From an uncultured bacterium (GTDB lineage: Bacteria > CSSED10-310 > CAZUFC01): a DNA stretch of 19,103 nucleotides. Location: the NCBI GenBank assembly GCA_964619725.1, contig CAZUFC010000144.1:1-19103 (forward strand), written 5' to 3'. Every line of letters begins with the position of its first letter. The first letter of the stretch is position 1. The position numbers were made by a program, and so were the translations under genes. Positions 1-9,000 of this stretch are shown here, piece by piece. Below the pieces are notes generated by a model. It saw only the letters and a list, made by a program, of their open reading frames with translations, made no database searches and was not told the origin of the DNA.

Positions 1-153
1 TACGCTTGAATTTGCGGGAATCTGAACGCTCTCACTACGATTTTGTATGAGAAATGCGGGCTAAGTCATTCATTTTCTCAGGTCCATTACAAAGGGTGAT
101 ATATTCGGTAGGACCGTAGCCTCGAAAGCAGCATTTTTAGCCAATACCTGAAG

Positions 154-287
154 AATTCAAAAAATTTGAATTAGAAGATAAAATTCCAATGTTCAAAAAA
201 TAATATAAATTCAATGATTTAAATAATTCTGCAAAAAGGTATTAAAATGTCAATTCAAAAAATTTGAATTATTTTCAAAAAATTTGA
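154..287. repeat. Repeated palindrome AATTCAAA-AAA-TTTGAATT (probable protein-binding sites)
   Basis: Identical 19-mers at 154-172 and 252-270, a third partial copy TTCAAAAAATTTGA at 274-287, and a half-site at 192-200, all in AT-rich DNA. Confidence 0.75.
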
Positions 288-348
288 CCCCACTTTTGAC
301 GTTTAAGCTAAAATATATCGAATGCAGATTCAAGTAAAAATGAAAAAA

Positions 349-414
349 CGCCTGACCACAAAAAAGAATCCTAACGCAGCATTATGGGAAATTCGCCGTT
401 TATGGAAAGGCGCT
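349..414. repeat. Truncated second copy of the REP/MITE-like element
   Basis: 374-406 (ACGCAGCATTATGGGAAATTCGCCGTTTATGGA) matches the reverse complement of 15594-15626 at 30/33 positions; bounded by imperfect inverted ends CGCCTGACCACAAA / TTTATGGAAAGGCG. Confidence 0.5.
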
Positions 415-515
415 GACTCAAGGCTGGTTATATGAATGTGTTATTTATTGTTTTCTTTAATCATGCAAATTTAAGAATATTTGCCATCATGAATAAGGGA
501 GCGCCGATTTGAACA

Positions 516-1871
516 TTACAGAACCGCCAGAATGCAGAGGTTTTGAGAAACGCGGGCTGGTTTTTGAATATCCCTGCGGATTTTTATGCTGAAACGGCAA
601 CCATCTGTCGAGGAGACAACCTTTGTGCCTTCGACATGGAGCAATTCGGCGTCAATATCCAGGAATTTACGGGACAAAAATATCTGTTTGATTATTTTCT
701 CTTTTTTCTCTGAATCAAAAGAAGGATGGATTTTTCTGATGGAGCGACCGGAAACGATTATGAAAAAGACAATTCGTCCATCGTATTCATGAGGCAGGTC
801 ATAAAAAACGAATTCATTTTCTTCTTCTGCGGGAGCGACCGGCGGATTATCACTCATTTGATCAAAAGGGGTGAGGTCCACGACAAGAAATTCGATATAA
901 TCTTTTAGGGTCTCAGAAGTCAGGCTGCGCAGAAGACTTCCACATCGTAGGGGTTCCGGGAGGAGCAAGTAACTCCGGAAATATTTTTCCAGGCGTCGGC
1001 GAAAGAGGGTTAAGCTCTGCCGTTGTTTTTTCATGTACTCAGCGAAAAGAGATGGTTTTTCAGTCGGGTCGAGCGTAAATCCCGGAGTTGAGAACCTTAT
1101 CAATTCAATTTCCTGCAGCAATTCGGCGGCAATCCAGTATATATCCGACTTTTCTCCATCGTTCGCCTTTTCCGCGTTATCCGCCAGGTGATTCAAGCCT
1201 GCGAGGAAATTACCGAGCATGAGTTCGTTCAAGGCTTTAAGGAACTGAAAAAACGCAAAATCACTTCTGTTTGCTTTAATTTTTTTTTCGTATTTCTTCA
1301 AAAGGGCTGCTGCGGCTTCATGCATAGCGGCTTCAAGTGCGTGAAAAACATGAATAAGAACGGGCCAGGATTTGTTTCGTATTCGTTCGAGCAGTTTTTT
1401 GCTTAAATGATAAGCCCCCATATAGTTTTGTTTTTCATAGAATCCTTTAAGCAGGGAAGCTTCATAAGGCAGAGCTTCTTCCGGGAATCCCGCAGCGTGA
1501 AAAATTAATGACGTTCTGTCGGCCAAATTGTACATGAATCCCCGTATCAATGCCTGAATTTCAAAAACAGCATGTTTTATCTCTTGCTCCCGTATTTCTT
1601 CCTTGAATGGAATATCAGCTAACTTGTCCGGGGATAATAAAGCTTCCGCATGTTTTGCCGGTTTTTCATTATGACTCATCAAAACATGCTGATAATACCT
1701 TTTTCGGCATTGAGCGCATACCAGCAAATGGGACTGCCGGGATTCGGGAAGCTTATCGAAGGTAGTTTTACATTTTTTATTCCATATTCTTTCGCATGGT
1801 TTGCGATTTTCATTCATCCAGATACTTAATAAATCAAAAGTCGATTCAAAGTGATTATCTTTTTTCACCAA
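516..1871 (-). CDS. Putative soluble zinc-binding (ZAS/zf-HC2-like) anti-sigma factor with a helical, TPR-like middle region and an unknown C-terminal domain
   Basis: 451-aa ORF starting at TTG 1871 with GGAG 9 nt upstream; overlaps the ECF sigma gene by 17 nt. The N-terminus has C26...H48-L-L-V-C52-A-Q-C55 (HxxxCxxC, nt 1707-1730), the hallmark of ZAS anti-sigma domains. No convincing transmembrane helix. Confidence 0.65.
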   Translation of the reverse strand: MVKKDNHFESTFDLLSIWMNENRKPCERIWNKKCKTTFDKLPESRQSHLLVCAQCRKRYYQHVLMSHNEKPAKHAEALLSPDKLADIPFKEEIREQEIKHAVFEIQALIRGFMYNLADRTSLIFHAAGFPEEALPYEASLLKGFYEKQNYMGAYHLSKKLLERIRNKSWPVLIHVFHALEAAMHEAAAALLKKYEKKIKANRSDFAFFQFLKALNELMLGNFLAGLNHLADNAEKANDGEKSDIYWIAAELLQEIELIRFSTPGFTLDPTEKPSLFAEYMKKQRQSLTLFRRRLEKYFRSYLLLPEPLRCGSLLRSLTSETLKDYIEFLVVDLTPFDQMSDNPPVAPAEEENEFVFYDLPHEYDGRIVFFIIVSGRSIRKIHPSFDSEKKEKIIKQIFLSRKFLDIDAELLHVEGTKVVSSTDGCRFSIKIRRDIQKPARVSQNLCILAVL

Positions 1872-2586
1872 TAGACAACTCTCCGCTTTTTTTGAAATTT
1901 TCCTTCAGGGATATCGCTTCATTGCTATTCATATATTCATCGAAACGTCGGCGCAAAGTTTCTCTGCCGCGATAAATCAGACTGCGAACCGCAGCAGCCG
2001 ATCTGTCGAGCAAAAGGGCTATCTGTTTATAGGATAAACCTTCTGCAAATGCCAGAATCGCCATTCTCTGCAGGCGGGGCAGTTTTGATATTTCCCCAGT
2101 AAGAAATTCCAGTTTCCTGACCGCTGATTCATAGGAAGCAGCATCTTCGATCATTTCTTTATTTCTCAGTGTTTCATAGTGTCCCGCAATTTGATCGAAT
2201 TTCCCTGTTTGTTTTTTTTCAAGGGCAGATGCGGTGATTTCTTTTCCTTTTTTCTTTAACCGTTTGAGGGCCATGTTTTTATCCATTCTCAGAATCCAGG
2301 ATATTCCCATTTTTTCTGAAACTTCCGGCGTCGCTTTGATATTTCTGAACAGGAAAGGTTGGGCCCATATTTTCAAGAATTTATTCTGTACCAAGTCGCG
2401 GGCGGCTTCTTCGTCTTCCATCAATCCGGCATCCTGCAGGTAACAAATGAAGCCGTATTTTCGATAGAGCTTTTCCCAGGCGGTTTTCGACTGTCCGGAA
2501 GAAATGCCTTTTCGGGAAATGAGTTCAAGGAGTTCGCCGGCAGTGGTTTCATGCCGCAGGTCTATGTCATCGCCGGTTCGGTTCAT
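1855..2586 (-). CDS. ECF-type (group 4) sigma-70 family RNA polymerase sigma factor
   Basis: Region 2 (AWEKLYRKY...EEAARDLVQNKFLKIW...SWILRMDKNMALKRLKK) and region 4.2 HTH (ISKLPRLQRMAILAFAEGLSYKQIALLLDRSAAAVRSLIYRGRETLRRRF); 243 aa; no regions 1 or 3. Confidence 0.92.
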   Translation of the reverse strand: MNRTGDDIDLRHETTAGELLELISRKGISSGQSKTAWEKLYRKYGFICYLQDAGLMEDEEAARDLVQNKFLKIWAQPFLFRNIKATPEVSEKMGISWILRMDKNMALKRLKKKGKEITASALEKKQTGKFDQIAGHYETLRNKEMIEDAASYESAVRKLEFLTGEISKLPRLQRMAILAFAEGLSYKQIALLLDRSAAAVRSLIYRGRETLRRRFDEYMNSNEAISLKENFKKSGELSIGEKR

Positions 2587-2587
2587 T

Positions 2588-2635
2588 TTATCCGGTTTCG
2601 ATCGTTAACATTTGAGGTTTCAGTCGATTTTTCAT
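2588..2635 (-). CDS. Candidate 15-aa leader peptide (MKNRLKPQMLTIETG) directly upstream of the ECF sigma gene
   Basis: AGGAAGG Shine-Dalgarno-like sequence (+ strand 2644-2650) lies 8 nt before the ATG at 2635; the TAA ends 1 nt before the sigma ATG, which has no obvious RBS of its own. Confidence 0.3.
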   Translation of the reverse strand: MKNRLKPQMLTIETG

Positions 2636-2688
2636 ATCATTAGCCTTCCTTCAGCATATTCTTTTTTCACGTAAAAAATCACGGCGCT

Positions 2689-5600
2689 TCAACCGGAAAT
2701 TTTAAATGCTCCCCAATACACCGGTTCCTCGTATTTGGGATTCGAGCGAATCTGGAGCAGAGCTTTTCTCAATGCTTTTGCCGGTGGAAGATCGTCAACC
2801 ATCAGGCAGGAATAAAATATTTTCATTACTTCGCAGGAGCATTCATCATCTATTTTCCACAAGCTGCTGACGACTTTCCGGGCGCCTGCGGCAATGAAAC
2901 CGGCAGACAGTCCTATGGTTTCATCGGGCAATCCGTCGACAGAGACGATACCTGATTCACATGCTGACAAAACGACCAGACAGGTATCAGGCATTCTCAG
3001 TTCCCTCAGTATTTTTCTCAATGTCCACATGTCGGTTTTATTGCAATCATCTTTCATTCCGATAATAACGGAACGGTCATGATTCGTTACCCGGCGAACG
3101 GAAATTTTCTCGCAGGAATTCTTTGCCGGTTCCGATTTCAGTGTTTTACCCGAGGGCGAGGTCGAATTGCAGCTTTCATCATACGCTAAAAGGATGCTGG
3201 ATTCATACGCATCATCCGCATTAAATTCAGCATGACACGCCATATGAACATAAGTCGACTTCTTGAGTTTCTCAGCAACATTTGCAATAGTCGCCTCCCG
3301 GCCCCGGAGCACGGTTTTTTCATCGAATAAAGCGGCAATGTAGTCGATTTCGCGGCGGCTCCAGTACAGGGCTCTTGTCGGGTCTGACACAGCCGTTAAA
3401 GAACGGGAAACGTTGCGGAAGATTTTTTCATCGTTTTCCGGATATAGCAGAGTGAAAGAAGGCGCATATCTGATGTGATAATGATCGATGAGAAACCGTC
3501 GCCGTCCGTTTTCCATCCGGTTCATCAGGTGAAGAGGGATGATGTGCAGTCCTTTGTGAGGCATGAAAATGAGTTCGTCGATTTTTCGTGACCGGATGAA
3601 ATCATGGATGGGTTGAAAAAGCTGAGAATAGAGTTCAGCGGTTAATTCAATCATTTTCCGGTTCCACAGCAGTCGCAGGTCCAGGTTATTTCGATCTGAC
3701 CGAAAGAGAGCGTAAGCCTGGAACCACCGGCGAAGTATCCGGTTGAGCTGCTCATCTGTAAATTCATCAATTATAAATGTTTTTTCAACGGGACGACCAG
3801 GCGTTCCCGCCAGTAACGATATTGCCGAACCGTATTTCGTGACGTTGAAAGCTGCAGCAGCCGTCCGTCCTTCGCAGGAAAGGCAATTCAAAAACCTTTC
3901 ATAAGGAATATCGCTGCATAGAAACCCCGGTTCGTAACCCCGTATCCCGCGTATCAACTCTTCCAACTCCTTCTTCAAGGCTCGTGATTCCTCCGCTGTT
4001 TCAAACAAAGTTTTTCCCGCAGCCGCTTCCTCGGATTGCTCTATCCATATTTCCCGAAGCCGTCCGATTAGCCGCTCATAATGACGCTTGTCCTGGCCTT
4101 TCAGTCGCTCGAATTCCTGTTTGTCTCCCAGGCATTTTTCTTTTAACAATCGAGTCTTTCCCTTTTCAAGTGATTCAAGAGCGCCTTTGAAATCACCGAT
4201 TGCAGAACAGCAATACGAGGCTTTTGAAAATTGCAGGGCTGTTTCTTCTATCCTGGTCGATTCAGTCTGTATGCATGCCTCCTCCTTTCGTATCAGTTCA
4301 TCCAGACAGCTTATTTCCGAGAAATAATCAAGCGCTTCAACATATTTCCCCTCACGCATGCATGAATCCGCCATTTCAGACAGAGTCGTCAACATTGCTG
4401 ACGGATGACCATATAGTCTCTGGATACTGAGCGCTTCCTTGTAATATCGCCGGGATTCCCGGGCCATCGCGTTTCTATCGCCTTCTTTTCCGTCAATGCA
4501 GGAGCGAGCCAGTCCCAGCATGGTTTTGGAGTATTGAACGGGATAATTCTCCAGACTGAAAACCTCCAGGGCTGATTTATAATTTCTGAACGCTCCTTCG
4601 CTATTTTCTAGCTGCTGCTCTTGCCGTAGCTTCAGGAATGCATCGCCGATTCCAAGCCGGGCTGCGGCCCAATAATAGGGGAAAGCCGTCCGGGTGAAAA
4701 CCGAGAGCGCTGATTCAAAATGTTCGATCGCTTTTTCCAGGTTGCGGTTTTTATTACCTTTTGAACGATTCTTGTAGTAATTCGCAAGGTTCGTTTGAAG
4801 CATGGCCCAGTGAAAGGGAAAAGAATCCTTTGTTCTTATCTGAAGGGCTTCATGACAGCAGTGAATGGCTTTTTCCATATTTTGCGATTGATTTCCATAT
4901 TTTCTCTTAGCGTAAGCTACGGCAATGTTTTGAAGGGTATCAGCGCGGGGAAGGGGAAAATATTTCAATTTTCTGACGGTCAGAGTTTCCCTGCAGTTTG
5001 ATATCGCTCTTTCTATATTCTCGGTGCGGTCTCCCTTAATTCTTTTTTTGAGAGCGATGGCCAGGTTATGTTTGATGTTTGCCCACTCGACAGGAAAAGC
5101 TCGTTTCGTGCACACCGCCAGGCCTGCTTCGAAGTGCATGACCGCTTTTTCAATGTTTTCGCATCGTTGACCTTTCGTCCTTCTTAAATAGGATGTCGCC
5201 AGGAGGTTCTGGATCGATGCCCAGTAGAAGGGAAAAATGTTACGCCGGCATATGTTTTGAGCTGATCGGCAATGAGCGATGGCCGTTTCCCTGTTCTCCG
5301 CGTTGTTTCCTGCAATTCTCTCGGAATAGGCAATAGCCGTATAATAATGAGTATTAGCCTTAATGAAGGGAGAGCAGGATGCCGAAATCTCCATGGTGCG
5401 CTGAAAGCGGTCGAGCGCTTTTTCGATATTATCGATTCTTGTGCCCAGGGGATTCTGAAGCAGAAAGCGTCCCGCTTTGTTGTTCAGTTCACACCACAGT
5501 ATCGCATCTTTTTCAGGTTCGACAGTTTTCAGCAATTCGTCCAGTTCAACTATTTTTTGTTTTAATTCACGCGGCGAACGAAAAGACAAAGCTTTCTCGA

Positions 5601-5901
5601 TACTGTTTTCCAGGCGTTGAGCCGCAGCGGCGCCGGGTAATTCCCGATTGAGGTATGAGCAGGCGAAGAAAGCTTCGTCCATTCCGATTCTCAAGCATAC
5701 TTCAATAAGTTGGATCGTCTCGGAGATTTTCTGGATCATATGATAGTCATGAGCGGTCCATGCTAGTTTTCTTTTTGTTTCCATTCTATCGAGGAATGAT
5801 TCGCTGAGTATGGAAGGGTTGTTTCGTACGATACCATATCGAACAAGTCTCAGGTGAGAGCAGGCGAGTTGTCGGATAAGCTGTTCAGTAATGAATGGCA
5901 T
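2689..5901 (-). CDS. TPR-repeat CHAT-domain (caspase/HetF-like, clan CD) cysteine protease
   Basis: Tandem ~47-aa TPR-like repeats (ENIEKAIxxxxxALxVxTxxxFPxxWAxxxxNLAxAY), a coiled-coil linker, then CHAT motifs FMPHKGLHIIPLH, VHMACHAEF (catalytic His, nt 3232-3234), VVLSACESG (catalytic Cys, nt 2959-2961), GFIAAGARKVVSSLWKIDD and C-terminal PVYWGAFKISG. No signal peptide. The start codon is uncertain because there is no clear RBS at 5901. Confidence 0.93.
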   Translation of the reverse strand: MPFITEQLIRQLACSHLRLVRYGIVRNNPSILSESFLDRMETKRKLAWTAHDYHMIQKISETIQLIEVCLRIGMDEAFFACSYLNRELPGAAAAQRLENSIEKALSFRSPRELKQKIVELDELLKTVEPEKDAILWCELNNKAGRFLLQNPLGTRIDNIEKALDRFQRTMEISASCSPFIKANTHYYTAIAYSERIAGNNAENRETAIAHCRSAQNICRRNIFPFYWASIQNLLATSYLRRTKGQRCENIEKAVMHFEAGLAVCTKRAFPVEWANIKHNLAIALKKRIKGDRTENIERAISNCRETLTVRKLKYFPLPRADTLQNIAVAYAKRKYGNQSQNMEKAIHCCHEALQIRTKDSFPFHWAMLQTNLANYYKNRSKGNKNRNLEKAIEHFESALSVFTRTAFPYYWAAARLGIGDAFLKLRQEQQLENSEGAFRNYKSALEVFSLENYPVQYSKTMLGLARSCIDGKEGDRNAMARESRRYYKEALSIQRLYGHPSAMLTTLSEMADSCMREGKYVEALDYFSEISCLDELIRKEEACIQTESTRIEETALQFSKASYCCSAIGDFKGALESLEKGKTRLLKEKCLGDKQEFERLKGQDKRHYERLIGRLREIWIEQSEEAAAGKTLFETAEESRALKKELEELIRGIRGYEPGFLCSDIPYERFLNCLSCEGRTAAAAFNVTKYGSAISLLAGTPGRPVEKTFIIDEFTDEQLNRILRRWFQAYALFRSDRNNLDLRLLWNRKMIELTAELYSQLFQPIHDFIRSRKIDELIFMPHKGLHIIPLHLMNRMENGRRRFLIDHYHIRYAPSFTLLYPENDEKIFRNVSRSLTAVSDPTRALYWSRREIDYIAALFDEKTVLRGREATIANVAEKLKKSTYVHMACHAEFNADDAYESSILLAYDESCNSTSPSGKTLKSEPAKNSCEKISVRRVTNHDRSVIIGMKDDCNKTDMWTLRKILRELRMPDTCLVVLSACESGIVSVDGLPDETIGLSAGFIAAGARKVVSSLWKIDDECSCEVMKIFYSCLMVDDLPPAKALRKALLQIRSNPKYEEPVYWGAFKISG

Positions 5902-6031
5902 GTTGCATTAAAAGGCGTGAAAGAGACAACTTTGTTGAATCAGGAAAAAAAGGACAAACGTGCCGTTGATTTTCAAAGAGTAGTTTTTCTCGAATGTTGA
6001 AATCCATATTTTCAAGGATTTTTCCTTTGTT

Positions 6032-9000
6032 TTATTCCTCGCAGCATGAGCTTTGAGGAGTCCTGTCATTTAAGGAAAGTATCATCCAGTCGCTTTTATC
6101 ATCGGAATCCTGACCCGGGAATTTTCGGCTCAGAGACGAACCTGACTGCAGCGGAGCCGCCGGATACACTATTTCGTTAACCGGGTCCGAGGCATCGCCC
6201 GGGAGATTATTAGTATTGGGAAGACTGTAGAGCAGGGTATCCACGGTTCTGTTCGCTTTATCCAGCAATCTCACGCCGTCTGTTCTGAAAAGTCCGTTGT
6301 AGAGAGTCAAATGAACCGCTAAATCCGGGGGGTATCCGCAAATATCCGTCACAAGGGGTCCCCGATAAGGTAATAACCGCAGGGTTGTATGATTGAACCC
6401 CTGGGCAATACTGCATCGGTGGAAAAGAATGGTCCGGCAGATTGTATTCTGAATCCTGAAATGTCGATGGGTGTATCGCCGGGGTTGTACAATTCTATCC
6501 ATTCAAAACCTGAATCGTTATTTTTTTCATCATATAAGACTTCATTGATAACGGGGTGCGCTATTTTATATTGGCGGATTTCATCAGCCGGCAGCGCTCT
6601 GTTGAAGAGCCGAACATTGCTGATATGTCCGTTAAAGAAATCGACCGGAGTAGTATCATAGTAACCGCAGCCGATCCAGACCGGTTGGGAAGATTGGTAA
6701 ACTTCGTCAATGAATGTATTTCTGTCCATAAGGTCTCCGTTTACGTACAACCTGTTCTCCGTTCCGTCGTAAACACCGGCTAAATGATATTTCTGTCCGA
6801 TCAAGAGCGGTTTGCCGGCGACGGTTCCTCCATCTTCCCAGAAGGTGAAGAGCGGACCGTCGTCATTCGGGTTTCTGGCCGTCAGGCTCCAGACCGGAAA
6901 TTCAAATATTCCGTTAGGACTGTCCGGGTTAGTCCCTTTGGTCATGATGGAGGCAGAGGCTGCGTTCCAGGAGACAGGAAGGATACAGGCCATGACCGTC
7001 ATTTCACCCAGGAAGTCCAGATGATAACCGTCGTTAACGGCAATTTTATCGTCTATTCCGAAAAACCTTAATCCGTATGAACTCCATTGCGGGTATCCGT
7101 TCAACAGCCCGTTGTAGCCATTTCCGGAGCCGTCGTGAGCCGTATTTCCTGAAGTTTCTTCGAGTTTCCAGGACGCCGCGAGTAAATCGGCATGTTTTTC
7201 TACCTGATCGGGATCGAGTGCTGATTTATAATATTTAAAATCGTCGATTTTCCCATGGAAGAAACAGGAGGGGGCGTCATTCCAGAAACCGCATCCGACG
7301 TACATAGGCCATGATGAATTTTCGACGTTTACGGCGGATTCATTACGGTCCGCTTCAATGCCGTCGACATATAAAATAGTGGAATTTCCGTCGTGGACTG
7401 CCGCCAGGTGATGCCATTGGCCCGTGGAGAGGACGAAAGACGCTTTCACCAACCCATCGGTTTCGCCGAAACAGAAGGATGGCCCGCCTCCATGGTCCAT
7501 GGCGAAAAGGTTCCAGGATGAAAACTCTCCGTCGACCCGACCGCCTTTGGCAGCCACGGATACCTGGTCGCCAGGCCAGTCCAGGGGAAAAACCCAGGCT
7601 TCAACCGTCATTTCCCCGTGGAAGTCCAGGTCGTTGCTGTCGAGTACTTCAATATAATCGGGAAGGGGGGCCGGATTGAACAGCAGAGCATCCTTCAATA
7701 CGCCGTCGACCCATTGAGGGTCCCCGAAGAGTGCACCTGATGAGCCGTTGATGGAATAATCGCCGGCTGATATTCCCGACCCTTCATCGAGGCGCAGCCA
7801 CGAATGAAGCGCTTTTGATCTGGCGGCTGTTTGTTGAGAATTTAATGCATAATGGTAAAGATTCACTTCATCAATGATGCCGTTAAAGAAGGCTGCAGGG
7901 GAGTCAAACCAGAATCCGCTTCCGATGTATAACGGCCACGATGAAGATTCTGCTGCTTCATTACATTCATTCCTGTCCGTTTCCACCCCGTCCACGTACA
8001 GAACGGTCGCGTTTCCGTCGTATGTTGCGACTAAATGATGCCATTCATTAATTGTCAGAGGTTCCTGTGCCTTGACCAGTCCGATGTCCTCTTCGAAACA
8101 GAACGATGGGCCGCCGCCATGGTCCTTTGCCGTCAAAGTCCATACGGGAAATTCATCTCTCAGTTTTCCTCCTTTTGCAGCAATGGAAACATGATGGGAT
8201 AGAAGTTCCCCTGGCCGAATCCAGGCTTCGACAGTCATTTCGCCTTTGAAGTTCATGCTGTCGTTATGGGCGATTTGAATGTAACTCGGCTCCAGAGACC
8301 CGTTGAAATTCAGCGCTTTTCCGAAAAGTCCGTCGACCCGCAGAGGATTACCCACAAGAATTCCATTATTCCTGTTATCCGTGGCATCAAACGCTATGGG
8401 GCCTGTTTCTTCAAAACGCCATGAACCTGCCGTCGCTAGGGCGTTATCTGCTATTTGTGCGGGGCTGAGAGCCTTATCATGCAACTTTACTTCATCGATC
8501 ATTCCCTGAAAGAATCCTGTCGGCGAATCATACCAGAAACCGCTGCCGATATAGAGCGGCCAGTAAGAATTTTCAACGACAACGGCTTCCTCGTTGCGAT
8601 CTGTTTCAACTCCGTCGACATACAATACTACGGCTGAGCCGTCATAAGTCGCTGCCAGATGATACCGGCGTCCTGTTTGCAACATAAACGGCGATTTTAC
8701 GAATCCCTCGTCCTCACCGAAACAGAAACTTGGTCCCCCTCCATGGTCCATCGCAAAAAGGTTCCATACGCTGAATTCACCTCCGACCTGGCCGCCTTTG
8801 GATGCTGCAGAAATCTGGTCTCCGATCCATCCTGTCGGTAAAACTACGGCTTCTATCGTCATTGCGCCGTTAAAATTCAACGTATCATCAGAAGGTATTT
8901 CGACCCAGTCGCCGTCGCCGTCTAACGAGAGTCCGCACCCCTGGAAACCGTCGGACCAACCGGAATCCCCCTCAAGAAACCCGTGATTATCGTTGCCTGA

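Noticed and set aside
154-287. CRISPR array associated with the TPR-CHAT gene
   Set aside because: The repeats are only 19 bp, number two to three, and are spaced 98 and 20 bp apart; no cas genes are present.
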